Shown here piece after piece: positions 26,641 to 40,491 of a stretch of 64,000 bases of DNA. The position numbers were made by a program, and so were the translations under genes. The number at the start of each line of letters is the position of its first letter. Within the stretch, counting starts at the first letter, position 1. Source of the DNA: Octopus vulgaris (taxonomy: Eukaryota); NCBI GenBank assembly GCA_951406725.2, contig OX597833.1, positions 72,478,001 through 72,542,000 of the forward strand, written 5' to 3'. The notes beneath the pieces are model-generated. The model was not told the DNA's origin and ran no database searches. It saw only the letters and a program-made list of their open reading frames with translations.

Positions 26641-28758
26641 TCATGTAAGAGGAGCACTGATTCTACAAATATGGTGAGCTGACAGAGACACTGACTTTTG
26701 CAGCATCAATGCAAGTGTCTTGCTGAGTAACAGCCATGAACCATTCCTATTTATCATCTAAGTAGTTCATCTATTGACTCCATGAGGTTCAAAGTAATGC
26801 CAACCTCAGCAGGATTTGAACTCAGAACAGAGAAGTGGAACAAATACCACAAGGTATACTCTTTAATGCTCCAATGACTGCAAGTTTGCTTCCTTCTGAG
26901 GCACAATCACACTTTTGTGCGAAGGGAAGAAGATCTGATTACATTTTACCCGGCCCCTTAATAACCGGTACTTAACCAATTCTAGAAATATAAGGGGCAA
27001 GCGAACCTTGGTGGGATTTGAACTCCTATCATAAAAACCGTTTGAATATTTAATGCAACATTCTCTACAAAGTGTCTGTCACTCAATTCTCTTTCAATAA
27101 ATGTTTGTTAACAAAGGCCACAAAACCACAAATACTCTTTTCTTGTAGATGCAGGAGGAGAAAATAGAGTTAGATTTCATTCCAGTACACAATATTCTAT
27201 TGGCCCCTAAAAAGATGAAGGACCAACTCAACATTTTGTGGCTTTTGGTTCAGTTTGTAAAGTGATAAAATTAAATTAAACACAACAAAACATTTTTTCT
27301 CACCTCCATGTTTTCCCCTTTCTTCATATTCTTAACTGCTTTATCAAACTGGTGTTGATTAGGATAGCTGGTCCCTGTTGCAAAGACCCCCCCCCCCCCT
27401 CCTTCCATTCATTCTCTACATTTAACAGCCTTTCATATTAACACTTTCATTTCACAATCTCAGCTGTTTCTACCATTTGACTCAGAGCTGAGAGCTGAGT
27501 GCAACATCCGGCAGCTAAACAGACTTTCCATTTTAATGATTTCAAAAGAAAATTGTAGGATGTTGCACAAGCACTCAGCTCTGAGTCAACTGCTTCTAAT
27601 AACAGAAACAGCTGTAAGCCAATGAAAGCAATTCTGAATCTTCTGTTTACATACATATCACACAGAATGTCCTGGGTGCTTATTTTGTGGCACCTGTCCT
27701 AGTAAGGTCACCTGTGTAGCTGTAGGATCCTCTTCAAATAAATACAAGGACAGTCTTCATCATATTTCTCAGCAAGTACACATTGCCTGCGGGATTCAAT
27801 TACTTTTGTAAAATAATCATCAATTTGGAAGGGTTTCATTATTAAACTGGTCAAACAAAAGGCAACCGATTTCAAGTCGTTGAAGGGTCGGATGGAAAAC
27901 CTTAAGGATTGCTTCTGACCCTCAGCATTCAGGATTCCAATTCATCCTTCCAAGACTGATAATGTAAAAGTCAAGCAATGAGGATTAACCATTCTTCTCT
28001 CTCTCCCTGAATGAGTTATGTGACATCATGAGAAAGGAGGTTATAAGGGAACCCCTCACAGTAACCCTTTTCCCAGAAATAGAGAAGGGTTGAATAAGGG
28101 GCCAGCAACTCATTCTCATAAAGACCCTGATATGACGCCAGAACTGCCCAGAGACAGACTGATGAACGATATAAGAGAAAAGAAAAAAAAGAAGTTTGAA
28201 AGATAACAGAGCTCCAGCCTGGCCACAGGTTGTGGGCTGAAACAGGTAAAAGAGTATAACATCAGCAAATGTTTGGTGAAGCTGGAAAACGCTTTCCTAA
28301 GAAAATGAACAGCAGTAATTAACAGATTCTGTTTTAGTGATTGGTTTGCAGGATTCTTGAAGTGAATTCATGAGTTTGTTGGATCTTGGGAGGGTCATCA
28401 CACCAATAATAAGAAACACCCACATTGGTTATAAATTCATACTTGTTGTTTAGCCCCAGATCAACACTGATTAAACAGATTTATGAATAGACATTCCAGC
28501 TGTGGCCACCTCACCACTACCCTTTTTTAAAGTTGTAAACTATGTAATCCAGTCTTCAGCACAATCTCCATATATTTTTGTATGTTTACAGGGCAGTGGT
28601 AGTGTTATTATTATTATTCAGTCTTGGCCAGTCCTCATCAAAAGTATTTTAGACAAGACTTAATGACACTCGTTTAAACAATCGTCTGATTAAAATACAA
28701 TGACACACATCACCGATTTCATGTCCATTTTCCATGCTTGCATGGGTTGGACACATAT

Positions 28759-28817
<59 letters not shown>

Positions 28818-29282
28818 CATCGCTTGACAACTGATGCTGGTGTGTTTACGGCCCTGTAACTTAGTGGTTCAGCAAAAGAGACTGATAGAATAAGTACTAG
28901 GCTTACAAAGAATAAGTCCTGGGGCTCGATTTGCTCGACTAAAGGTGGTGCTCTAGCATGGCCATAGACTGAAACAAGTAAAAGAATAAAAGAATATATA
29001 TATACACACACACATATAGGTTAAGACTGCTTGCCCTATGATTTTGCTGTCCCTTTTTATTTCAATTTTCTTCTCCTTTTTCTTTCCTCCTCTCTTATCT
29101 TCTGTTTTCCAAATTTTCAGACTTTTGTTATTCTCTGCATATTTTTCCTTAAATTATTTTCCCTGAATAGTAATTAGCTGGATTGCCCTTAATTAAAGTT
29201 AATATTCTAACAGTTCTTCAATAATTAACCAGAGCACTTTAATCATGAGGAATTAAGTAAATGAATAAATGTGTGTGTGTTT

Positions 29283-29316
<34 letters not shown>

Positions 29317-29990
29317 CATACATATATACACATGGAGTAGAGACAGCAACCCCACTCTCCCGCCAGTTTTGAATGAGCATGGGATTGTACCTAGAGATTT
29401 CCCCTCTAGGGCACAAGTCTGGGCAAGGCTGTTTGTGGAAGCCCACCAGTTGCCTATGCCTACCAGCCTGCCCTCTACATGCCACTAATGTTGTCGCAAA
29501 GGATAAAATAAAAGGGCCGACACAACTTGGCACCAGTGACGACGTCACAACTCATTTCTGCAGGTTAAGTGAAGGGGAGCAATGTGAAATAAAATAAACA
29601 CAACACACAGCCCGGCCTGGGAACTGAACTTGCAATCTCATGATTGCAAACCCAATGCTCTAAACACAGCTGTGTGTGTGTGTGTGTGTGTGTGTATAGT
29701 CAGACAAACAGGCTTTTTTCAGTTTCTGTCTTTAAGCAAATCCACTGACATGGCTTTTGTGGGCCGCCTTCTCCCATTGTCTCAGACCAAGGAAGCCTTG
29801 AGAGCAGGTTTGGTGGACGGAGGACTGTTATGGATCCGTCCGACCCATGACAGCAGGGAAAACGAACGTCAAAGGACGGTCACCATCATCATCATCATCG
29901 TCATCTCCTTGGCTTTTATTATTAAGACAAAAACTATTTTTGCTGATTTGTTTTGGTTTCTTTTTATCATTTGTTTCTTCTTTTCATATA

Positions 29991-30010
29991 TTTATTTATT
30001 TATTTTTATT
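29991..30010 (-). terminator. Candidate poly(A) signals (clustered AATAAA) for the USP-like gene
   Basis: Several overlapping AATAAA hexamers on the minus strand, about 500 nt after the stop codon. Confidence 0.35.
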
Positions 30011-30132
30011 TTGTCTCTCGTTATTTCAAATGAAAATGAAAAAGAAATTAAATTAAATAAAATATTAATTTAAATACTAAAAATGTAAAAAAAACAAAAA
30101 GAACAATACATACATATATATACATATATATG

Positions 30133-30164
<32 letters not shown>

Positions 30165-30507
30165 ATGCTTGATAATGTAAATCGTTGACAGGATAATCGT
30201 TGCATTAAGTTTATAAAGACGGAGGTTTGAGAGAGAGAGAAAGGAAGAGGGAAGTGGGGGGGGCATAGAAAAAAGGGGAGGGGTAGAAAGAAACAAAAAA
30301 AAAGGAAAATAAACAAACATAAAAGCTTCTCAAATAAAAAAAAAAAAGGTTCTTTTATGTGTTTGAAGAAATTATTTAGAGAAAAAGGCACCGGTCCATT
30401 GGCACAAGTCAATAGCAGAGTGGGTTTGGTTGTGCAGCCTGGAATGTGGCTTGTCGGCTGCTTTCTCATTGTCAGTGATGCTGGCTGAATGGTGGCGCTA
30501 GGAGCAT

Positions 30508-30580
30508 TCACTTTCTCTGGTAAAAGAAGACGCATTCCCGACTGCCTGTTGCCGTGGTTCCCTTCAGGATGCTGCTCACC
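30508..30580 (-). CDS. USP2: USP-like terminal coding exon (VSSILKGTTATGSRECVFFYQRK*)
   Basis: Acceptor ttttgtacag. Ends ...FFYQRK-TGA, matching the LFY terminal motif. Confidence 0.88.
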
Positions 30581-30821
30581 CTGTACAAAAACAAAAACAA
30601 AAAAATTATTAGAATGTCATAATTCTCAGTAAAATAATAATAATAATAATCCTTTCTAGCATAGGCAAAGGGCCTGAAACTTTGGGGAAGGGGGCTAGTT
30701 GATTACATTGACCCAGTACATAACTGGTACTTATTTCATCAACCCCGAAAGGATGAAAGGCAAAGCCGACCTCAGCAGAACTTGAACTCAGAATGTAGCG
30801 ACAGATGAAATACTGTTAAGC

Positions 30822-30985
30822 CACCCACTACACTCTCGGAGTGGTTGGCATTAGGAAGGGCATCCAGCTGTAGGAACTCTGCCAGATCAAGATAGGAGCC
30901 TGGTGCAGTAATCTGGTTCACCAGTCCTCAGTCAAACCATCCAACCCATGCCAGCATGGAAAGCGGACGTTAAACGATGATGATG
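30822..30985 (+). mobile_element. RTE 3' fragment nested inside a SINE (30645-31010, minus)
   Basis: Interrupts the SINE sequence ...TACTGTTAAGC|ATTTCGCCTGG... and ends in (GAT)n. Confidence 0.75.
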
Positions 30986-32821
30986 ATTTCGCCTGGCATG
31001 CTAACGATTAATGTTAATAATAATAATGATAAGTTTCAAATTTTGGCACAAAGCCAGGAATTTGCAGGGTAGGAATAAGTTGATTGACCCCAGTGTTCAA
31101 CTGGTACTTATTTTATCGACCCTGAAAAGATGAAGAGCAAAGTCAACCTGGGCGGTATTTGAATTTAACCCAGAGAGAGGTAGAAACATGTTGCTATGCA
31201 TTTTGTTTAGCCCACTGATGATTCTGCCATAGTCTCGAATTTTGGCAAAGGGCCAGCAAAATCCTATTTCAAAAGGTTCAAAGGTAAAGCTGACCCCAAT
31301 GGAATTTAAACATCAAGAATCAGGAGAAAACATTAAGTCTAAATTTGTAAGAAAGGATCAGTTAATAAGGGACCAACCTCTGTACTTTACTGATCAACCC
31401 CAAAAGGACAGAAGGCAAAATTGACCTTGGCGAGATTTGAAAATCAGGAAGTAAAGAGTCAGGACAATTACCACAAAGCATTTTGTCTGATGTGCTAATG
31501 ATTCTGCCAGCTCAGTGTCCTTCATAATGATAATCCTTTCTGCTACAGGCACAATGTCTGGAATTTTAAGGGAAGGGACCAGTTGATTACATTGACCCCA
31601 GTACCCAATGGGAACGCATTTTATTGACCTTGAAAAGATGAAAGGCAAAGCTGACTTTGGTGGAATTTGAATTCAAAATGTAAAGACATTCTGTCAGCTC
31701 ACTGCTTTAATAATAATAATAATTATAATAATAATAATAATAATAATATTCCCCCACCCCACTCTTGCTACCCCTAAAAAACAGACAGTGAAAGAATTAA
31801 CCCAAAGAGGGAGCTTCCATATGGCTGAGTTGTTCAACTATTTTTTTCCTGTGGCTTTCTCATAGGGGAGAGAGAGAGAGAGAGAGCAAGATGCAAGAAT
31901 ATTTTGTCAGCTGTTACCTGGCCACCCCCAAGTAAAATGGAAGGGAATATGGTGTTCTGAGATTGAACTCCACGGCCAAAAGATGGTAAGTTCATTTTGC
32001 TAAAGACGCCCAATGTTTAGATGATAGCAGTGTTCAACAATCCACGAAAGGGATGGTCAGATGGTCATGGTCCATCCGATGGGATTCCATACAGTTTCAC
32101 TCTCAAAGCTTTGACTGATGAAAGAGGAAGAGGAGGAGGAAGAAGAAGCTACTGTTGTGCAGTGGGATTGAACCTGGAAGAATCTCAGAAGAAAGATAAA
32201 CTTGTAAACTCTACACTCATGCCTGCACTTATACAACTAGAAAACAAGAGTAAAATTCCCTCAGGTCATACCAGACTGTCTTCAAAAAACCGAAAGAACA
32301 CATTGCATAATATAGTCCAAGATAAACTCTGCCAGAAAATAAAATAAATAAAAAACATGTAGAATACCATTGAGCAGAGTCCCATCTGTCTCTATGTTAA
32401 TGTTTAAAGACTAATTTTAGGCATAAAAAGTGAATGAAGTGATTCAGTTGGGAATTGAACCTGTACTGCAGATTTCCTTTGAACTTAATACAATTTGAAG
32501 GTGGATGTTTTGTGGAGGTGGCCAAGGAAAGAAGGCTGGGGAGGCACGCAAACTGTTCAGCTGTTGGTGTTGCTTAGGAATAACTGATTGGCAAGAACAG
32601 GGAAACGTTTCATAGCCCATCCACCCACCCATCTACACTCTGCTCCTTTGTCTGTCTGTGTGTCTATCAGTCTATCTATTCATTCTGTAAATATCTGTTT
32701 TCTAATCAAATATGTCAAGTCAGAGCAAAACTAGATACAACTCACCCCACCCCCACTTCTTTTACTAGACAGAAATAGGAGGTGGTTGCCATGGTGGGAT
32801 TTACTTTTATTGTCTACTTAC

Positions 32822-32954
32822 CGTGTGTCGTTGTATTTGTTCCATTCTGAGGTTTTCGGGTGTCGACACTCTGCCCAGTAATGTCCACTTGTGGCACAGT
32901 CCCCGGCATGGAGACAAATAGCGTACAGGGTATACGTGGCCAATTTAGGGTTAC
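32822..32954 (-). CDS. USP2: USP-like exon (GNPKLATYTLYAICLHAGDCATSGHYWAECRHPKTSEWNKYNDTR), His box
   Basis: Acceptor ttcttcag, donor CG|gtaagt, 133 nt. Y.LYA...H.G....GHY.A.C......W..YND motif. Confidence 0.95.
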
Positions 32955-33261
32955 CTGAAGAATAAAGGAGTCAATTAGGGTTTTGGCAATTTAAGGCTTC
33001 ATGGATGACAGGTGAAATGATGAACGATTGGAGAACTGGAATTCGGGTTCAAGTCTTGTCTGGTAACATGTCGACAGTCAAGGGACACTTGAGAGGAGTT
33101 AAAGGTTGGAGATCAAAGAAAGCGAAATGAAGACTGAAAGAGAGATAGAGTTTAATGTTTAACTCTAAAACCGAGGATAATCGTCTGAAGAATTTTTATC
33201 TTAAATATTGATGACCCACAATATTGCCATTTGTGGAACAACACACACACACACACACTCT

Positions 33262-33440
33262 GTGTTATATAAAATCCGTTCTGTCTGTCTGTGTGTGTGT
33301 CTTCTAGGATCTCGGGCATCCTCCATCCGATTGCACTCAAATTTGACATGTAGATACCGATGGTATTAGGGCGTCTATAAGTCTTGAAAAAATTACAAAA
33401 ATCGATTCCAGGTGAGAATGCGATCGATAAAGCCGTTTTT
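33262..33440 (+). mobile_element. Helitron/Helentron-associated (DINE-1-like) 5' fragment
   Basis: TATATAAAA followed by (GTCT)n and CCGATT...AAATTTG.CATG, a layout typical of these non-autonomous elements. Confidence 0.4.
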
Positions 33441-33827
33441 GTCCTGATTTTCTTCCGTCAACCTGTACATAACTGCACCTTCCATTTTTTGTTGTTTTTG
33501 TACTGCTTAAAGGCACGTTTCTTTCCTGCCAAGCTTACTGTTTAAACCAGGTTTGTGTTCTCCCAGTCAACAGCCTTATCATTACTGGTACTTTAAACTC
33601 TTCGGTTGCATATCTGTGTGAATAAAATCGTTTTTCTTTGGAATAGAAAAAAAGTCTATCTTTATTTCTTCTTTTGCTGGTGTCTCAAATTTAGGTTAAA
33701 TCAGTGTTTCTCAAAGGGGAGGCCTATGGGACGGTCGGACAAGTTGTTTTGAGAAACTTTGGTTTAAATGTTTGACAACTCAGCACCATCCATTGGACAG
33801 GGTGGGGGTGGGGGTGGGGCTTTTGCT

Positions 33828-33863
<36 letters not shown>

Positions 33864-34313
33864 CACATACACATATATGTACATATAAACAAATATAACA
33901 AAAATCCCTGAGATTAATTACTCAGAGACATCATCTGCATGAAGAACAATAGTTAATTTAGTATTAATATATTTAATGTCTAATTAGAAATACTGATGCT
34001 GCGAAGAGAAAACATTAACTCATATCATACTAATAAAATTTTCAAAACCTTTTTTAGCAAGTATGAAAGCCAAGTTTAGATATGTTTTGGTCTTATTCTG
34101 ACCTCTTCAAAAGAGCATTAAACTTCACAATACAAGCCAAATTAGTGACAACTACATCACTAACGAGGTGTACAATATCATTAAACCAAACAATGCACTG
34201 ATAAAATTAATATCAGTCATTGAGTCCATGTTGTTTTTTCTTCACCACACAGTTATTTCTCAGCTTTTAATTACTCATTGCATTAATTACTTGATTGGTT
34301 TTATATAGCTTAC

Positions 34314-34403
34314 CTTTTATGGCATATTTCGTAAAATTTAAATTTTCAACAGGGTATTGCATCTCTGTTTTTAATTTACCCAGCTTCTCTGCTCGTTGGA
34401 AAT
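34314..34403 (-). CDS. USP2: USP-like exon (YFQRAEKLGKLKTEMQYPVENLNFTKYAIK)
   Basis: Acceptor ctctttag, donor G|gtaagc, 90 nt. KL...x.YP..L pattern. Confidence 0.87.
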
Positions 34404-35312
34404 CTAAAGAGGTTGGTCAAGGTAGGAACTAGAAATATCGACTGAGGGTAGAACTTTCTGTAAGGGTGGCAGGAAATGTAAAGGGGACAATGGTGGGTGG
34501 TGGGGGTTTTGAGAATCTTTTTATATTTGAAGACCACATTAAATTAATTAATTGTGAACTAATAGAGGGGCATTAAAGAAACATTAATTTTATGAAGAAA
34601 TTGTAAAAACATTTATTGGGGAAAATAATAAAGGTAAACTCTCCTTTAATAACTTAATTATAATTCTATACATAAATAGGGAGCTGGTGCCATGTAAAAA
34701 GCACCCAATACACGCTATGGAGTGGTTGGCATGTTAGGAAGGGCATCTAGCCATAGAAATCATGCCAAAACAGCCAACAGAGCTTGGTGCAGCTCTTTGG
34801 TTTGTCAGCTCCTGTCAAACCATTCCACCCATGCCAGCATGGAAGACAGACATTAGATGATAAAGATGTATTCCTTGTTGCTGAGAGCATAATGCATTCC
34901 TAGTCTTTAGAATAGGAATCGTGTAATGCTGTGGGTTGAAAGAGGTGAGCGAAAGTGTTGGTGCCAGGGAAGGGCATCTGGTAAAAGTTTGCATACAACT
35001 CATGCCAGCATGGAAAAGTGAAAGTAAAAGCAATGATGATGATGATGATGATGATGATGAATACAGTGCATTCAAGAAAACGTTTCTTTCTATGAAAAAT
35101 CCAAAACATCTTTCAGAAGGCCATATCTAAGTGCCTCAAAAGCCACACCTGGCACAGGTGCCTCATCTCTGGTGTAGTTACCATAACGAAATGGTCTCAG
35201 TTTAAACAACAAATTAATTGCAATGGAACCCAAGATCCAAGGGTTCACAAGTCCAACCCCCTATTCACTCAGGTTATTCTTCCAGCATCTTCTTTTGTCA
35301 GGAAAAGGATAC
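34404..35312 (-). other. U12-type (minor spliceosome) GT-AG intron, 909 nt
   Basis: 5' splice site GTATCCTTTT (35312-35303). Branch-like CCTTGAC (34422-34416), about 13 nt before the AG, with little polypyrimidine tract. Confidence 0.85.
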
Positions 35313-35391
35313 ATAAAACTAATACTTCAGGTAAATGAACAAATTCTTTTTTACAATTATGTAGAGTTAGTTTGGAACATTTCTTGCACAT
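35313..35391 (-). CDS. USP2: USP-like exon (MCKKCSKLTLHNCKKEFVHLPEVLVL), second CxxC
   Basis: Acceptor cttttccag, donor T|gtatcctttt (U12-type), 79 nt. C..C......K.....LPEVLVL motif. Confidence 0.9.
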
Positions 35392-35413
35392 CTGGAAAAG
35401 AGAAAAAAAAATA

Positions 35414-35450
<37 letters not shown>

Positions 35451-36057
35451 GGAGAGAGAGAGAGAGAGATAAGTACAATTCAAGCCAGCATGGAACACAA
35501 ATGTTATGTTAAACAATGATATATTCTGTATTTTAACGTGTATAAGGAACCCTTTTTTGTCAAAAATTAGGTTAAAAAAATATGGGAGTTTCTTATACAT
35601 GGATAGTATTATAATCCCCTACAAAACCTTTTTTCCAAATTTTAAGCACCAAAAATTAGGGGGCTCCTTATACACGTTAAAATACAGTATATATATATAT
35701 ATATATATGTGAAAAATTACTTAATATAGTTTTTAAGTATAAAGAGGATTTTAAAAAAAGTTATAAAATCTTTTATTGGGATGTTACTAAGCTTTTTGGG
35801 AAGAAATTTTTTTCCTAGTGTGAGTACTTTCCATTGACCTTTCCAAACACACACAAGCATGCTTCCATCCATTTCTCCATCTACAGACACAGACACACGG
35901 ACACATTTATACAAATGAAACTTGGAAGTCACTCCTTATGAAATTATTCCTCACACCTGACTACACTCGTAATAAGTCCTTTCTTTTAATTAATATCTAC
36001 AGGTTTTCATAATTACAGAACACCCATATATGTGTGTGTGTGTGTGTGTTTGTTTGA

Positions 36058-36352
36058 GGGTGCATGGTCCAGTGGTTAGGGTGTTGCACTCATGATCGCG
36101 GTTTCAGCTCCCAGAGCAGGTGGTGTGTTGTGTGCTTGAGCAGAACACTTCCTCTCACGTTGCTTTGTGATCACTTCAACACCTGACACGTGGTACACCT
36201 GTGCACCTGTTCAGACAACATTGATTTGATGAAGGGACAGGTGACCTTAATGTGCAGCACAAACATTCGATCCCCAGAAACAAATCCTTTGTGCAGCTCG
36301 TTCAGCAAAAAGGCTGAATACTCCTAAGTCGTCTTCGACAGGAGAGTCCATC
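36058..36352 (+). mobile_element. tRNA-derived SINE
   Basis: A-box TGGTCCAGTGGTTAGG, degenerate B-box, CTTGAGCAGAACACTT core-like motif. Confidence 0.6.
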
Positions 36353-36733
36353 ACAAATATCGATGCAGACACTTGTGATTATCTGAGGTTGTTTCCATTT
36401 AGCTCTGGGTCAGACCTATTCCAACCATGGTCATCTTGTCATTTTATATTTTTGCTTTTAACCAAAGTGTGTATATGACTACACTATCCAACATATCCTT
36501 GTTTTTCTTATTTAGGGTTAGGAGGTGATTGGAGGGAGATCTGGCTGCTGTTTCTTGCAAGCTGAGTGACCACAGAAAGACTCCTTCATAGGGTTGTATA
36601 AATATTCATTCACATAGATGTATTTAGAGATTTATTCATCAATAATTTTGCAAATATGAAGATTATTTCACTGATGAGGTTTGAATGAAAGTGAAACATG
36701 CCCACCATCTGTTTCTGATTATCAACAGAATTC

Positions 36734-36770
<37 letters not shown>

Positions 36771-38030
36771 TTCTTAGACTAATATTGCTAATGTTTCCTC
36801 TCTGTTTATTTAATTCTGGCCAAATCTTAAATGATGCATGAATTAAACATCTTAACACTAACTTAATTATGATTCATTAAGGGAGCTCTAAGTAGCTGCT
36901 CAGCCCATTATAAATAGAAAGTCAAATCTATTTAAAATCTTAATAACATCTTAAAAAGGACATATCGGATCTTATAGTCCAAGGTACACAATACCTAAAA
37001 AAAAATACAGAGGGGTGGACACAGGAATGCCTTATATTATAGTTCTGTTTGTTCAAGGTTTACTTGAACCTAAACAACAACAAACTTGATGATGGTGAAG
37101 TCCATCTATTTAATACTCACTGCATTAAATGACAACACTAACTTAACTATTGTTTTTACCATACAGATGGTGTCTCTGAGTAATGTCAGTGATTCATGTC
37201 TATTCATGTACTTAGTGGCTATCTTTTCATTACCTCAATATATTTGAAGTCTATATTTAACTGAAGAGGTTTAATAATACAGAAATGTGTCCAGAGTTGT
37301 CTTCCATGTTTACTGAAATAATTAAAATAATACCAGTCATTGAGCTAATCCTTGTCTTTTCTTCTGCCACATATACATTTCTAATTAGAATTTTCATGCT
37401 AACTACAGTCAATACCCCAACACTAACTAAACTATTATTTTTCTACAGCTTTTACAATCTGGGACCGTAACAGGCAGACTTATCTATGAGCTTCCTTCAG
37501 TTTCTGTTGACCAACTCACAAAGCTTTGGTCAGCCTTAGACACATGCTCAAAGTGCCACACAGTGAGACTGAACCGAAAATCATGAGGCCTAGAAGCAGA
37601 CTTAAATCCACAGCCATGCTTTCACCTCAATTAAATTAATAAAACTGGTCCCTGCCATGGGTTGCACTTTATGACAAACAATAGCAATCATTTGTCATAT
37701 TCGCTCGTTCGCAGTGTCCCTTAGAAGCCTGTAATGAATGAGAGTTGTTTTTGTTGACAAAATATTTGGTATAAAAGTTTAAAATTGCTCGAGAAAATCC
37801 TGCAGACTCGAATGACTGGCTGGGACCTTCTAGAATGTTTGATCGTAACTAAATGTTATTGATTGAGATGTTGGAGTCATCTCCCCTGTTTGCCTTGAAC
37901 ACTTGTTTCCCTCTCCACACTGGGAGATGGAAATCTTCTTTAAATGAAGTTATTTTGGCTCGCTCTATTAGGTACATTAGCGTTGCCATAACAACCGCTG
38001 TATGGTGGATGACACAAATAAATCACTTAC

Positions 38031-38093
38031 ATTATTTGAAGTAGATTCTATAAAATCTTCAATAATATCTTCCATGTTTATAGTGCGGAATGC
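38031..38093 (-). CDS. USP2: USP-like exon (AFRTINMEDIIEDFIESTSNN)
   Basis: Acceptor ctctttcag, donor AAT|gtaagt, 63 nt, phase 0/0. Sits in the expected L.D.L..F position but is divergent. Confidence 0.72.
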
Positions 38094-38654
38094 CTGAAAG
38101 AGAGAAAGGAAGCCACGAGTGAGAGAGGAGCATCGGATTAGATGGTGGTTGCTTGAAGGAAGGGTGATGGGGGGAGGGAGGGGTGAAGGGATTAACAGCT
38201 TCATGAGGGGACAGGGATTATCAGATTTAGTATCTATGGTAGACTGGGAGAATCAACAGAAGATAGTGGATTAATATCTGTGATGTAGTGATGTTCAATA
38301 CTGAGCACTGGGGACTGATTAAATAGGTTTTGTCCCTTATTCAAGGAGATGTAATCTTGTGCTAAATGTAAGGGATCCTTATTTGTTAGGGTGTTGGACA
38401 AAATGCCTGGTGGTATTTAGTTGTGCTGTACATTTAAATCCCAATGAGCTTGACTTTGCCTTTCATCGTTTCAGAATCAGTAAAATAAGTACCAGTTATG
38501 GACTGGGGTTGATGCAATCAACTGCACCCCACCTCATCATAATTGCTGGCCTTGTGCCAAAATTAGAGAAAATTGTTCTTATCGTTATATGTTTTGAGTT
38601 CAATTTCTTGTCAGGGATGGACATGCCTTAAACCCCTCCAAGTACCAGTAAATA

Positions 38655-38875
38655 TTGATTTCAAATTTTGGCACAAGGCCAGCAATTTTGGGGGAGGGTG
38701 TAAGTCGATAACATCGATTCCAGTGCTTAACTGGTCCTTCTTTTATTGACCCTGAGAGGGTGAAAGGCAAAGTCGACTTCAGAAGAATTTGAACTCAGAA
38801 CATAAAGACGACAGGCGAAATGCTGAAAAGCATTTTGCTTGGTCTGCCAAGAATTCTGTCAGTCCAGCGGCAGAA
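38655..38875 (-). mobile_element. tRNA-derived SINE (Nin/Deu-like core)
   Basis: Same family as 895-1122 and 16640-16874. Confidence 0.65.
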
Positions 38876-40387
38876 AGTAAAAGTTAGCACAATTTGAGTG
38901 ATCAAACTGATGTCTGCTTCCTGGCATGAGAGCAACATAGAGTTGCTCACCCTGCTAGAAATAGCAGCCAAATTTCTCACAAATTATACTTTACTACCTC
39001 AGAAAAGAAGGATATATTGGATAATGTGATCCTGAGAAGATTGTGTCCAGGAAAGAAAGAACTGGATTTGCAAAGTTGGAATCACTTAGACAAAATGTCA
39101 GCTCAATTAAGGTTGAATCAGGGGTCAAACAACCCCACCACAACTGACACAATTTCAATCATTTATAATCTTCTTTGTCTCTTATAAAATGTTTTTACTA
39201 GTTGCAGGCAGCCATCAACCTGCAGCCTCCCACCTCATAGCTGTCCATCACACGAGCTGCTATAGACATGCTGGACCATTCCACCAGGGCTTTACTCTCT
39301 CATTTGATGTAGAAGTTGCAAGCTGGAAGAGGCCCCGTGACTAGCTCCATACCAGATGGCTGGACGTGCTTAAGGAAGATCAGACATCCCCTTGGAGGAC
39401 GCAGAGGGGCTGGCATGGGACTTCCAGAGATGGAGAGAACTGGTGGACCTGGTTGGCTCTATGTATGATGATATCTTTGGGATCCCTAACCTGGGATGAC
39501 CCCAGCCCCATCAAGCAAGAGCATGGAGGGAGCAGTCTTTGGGTTGTGGCCATGCAGGGTCACTCACTTTTAGGTTCTTTTCTTTAATTTTTTTCTTAGT
39601 CAGGGGAGGGAAAATGCAGGGCCTACGAATCTTCAGAGGATCTCCAAGAATAGTGAGAGGGAGGAAGGTATTCTTAAACCAGAGACTGGTCTGAAGACTT
39701 TGAACAGAATGGACTCTGCTAAAGGTACTCAAAGTATTAGATTAGATGATGGATTAAGTCTCCCACCCAAACAGGCCATGATAGGATTTGAACTCAAAAT
39801 ACAAAGATTCAGAACCAATATTTCAAGGCATTTGGTTCCGCAATCCACCAACTTGGATTAATACTTTATTTATTGACCCCGAAAAAGACAGAGTTGATCC
39901 AAGGAGTATTTGATCTCAGAATTCCAAACATCACAACAAATATTGCAAATCATTCTACCTGATGCCCTAATGACTCCCAATTCACAATCTACAAAGCTGG
40001 TACATAATTTTTTATCAACTGGTACGTGTTTTGTTGACCTTGGAAGGATGAAAGGACAAGAAGTGAATTCAGAACATTCTACAAGGAATTTTATTGGATG
40101 CTCTACTAATTCAACCACCCACCACATTATCTCCTGTCCTTTCAAAATTGCAATTGATACTAATCAACCACACAGGTTACCACTTTACACCCTATAAAGT
40201 GGTTGGCATCAGGAAGAGCATCCAGCCATAGAAACTATGCCAGAGCAGACACAAGGGCTCAACATAGTCCTTCAGCTCACTGGACCCTGTCAAACTGACT
40301 TACGTGTCCGATGACGATGATGATAAGAACAGAAAGTGAGAAACTGATGTTGTAATATAGACAGATGATGAGAAAACAAGGGCCTAC

Positions 40388-40491
40388 CTTCTTCATGGGC
40401 AAGGACATATCAAAACTTGTGTGGTACTCAGTTGATTTTGAGTAACACTCAAGACATTCATAATTGTGCTTCATCTGCATAGCGAAAATAT
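40388..40491 (-). CDS. USP2: USP-like exon (DIFAMQMKHNYECLECYSKSTEYHTSFDMSLPMKK), first Zn-finger CxxC
   Basis: Acceptor tgttgcag, donor AAG|gtaggc, 104 nt. D.F......C..C......F.DxSLP motif. Confidence 0.9.

Noticed and set aside
36665-36705. CTGATGA...GAAAC hammerhead-like string
   Set aside because: No convincing stem II or III pairing and no NUH cleavage site.
37234-37312. AG...GT-bounded candidate USP exon
   Set aside because: It opens with TAA in the required phase 0. Exon 38031-38093 already fills that position.
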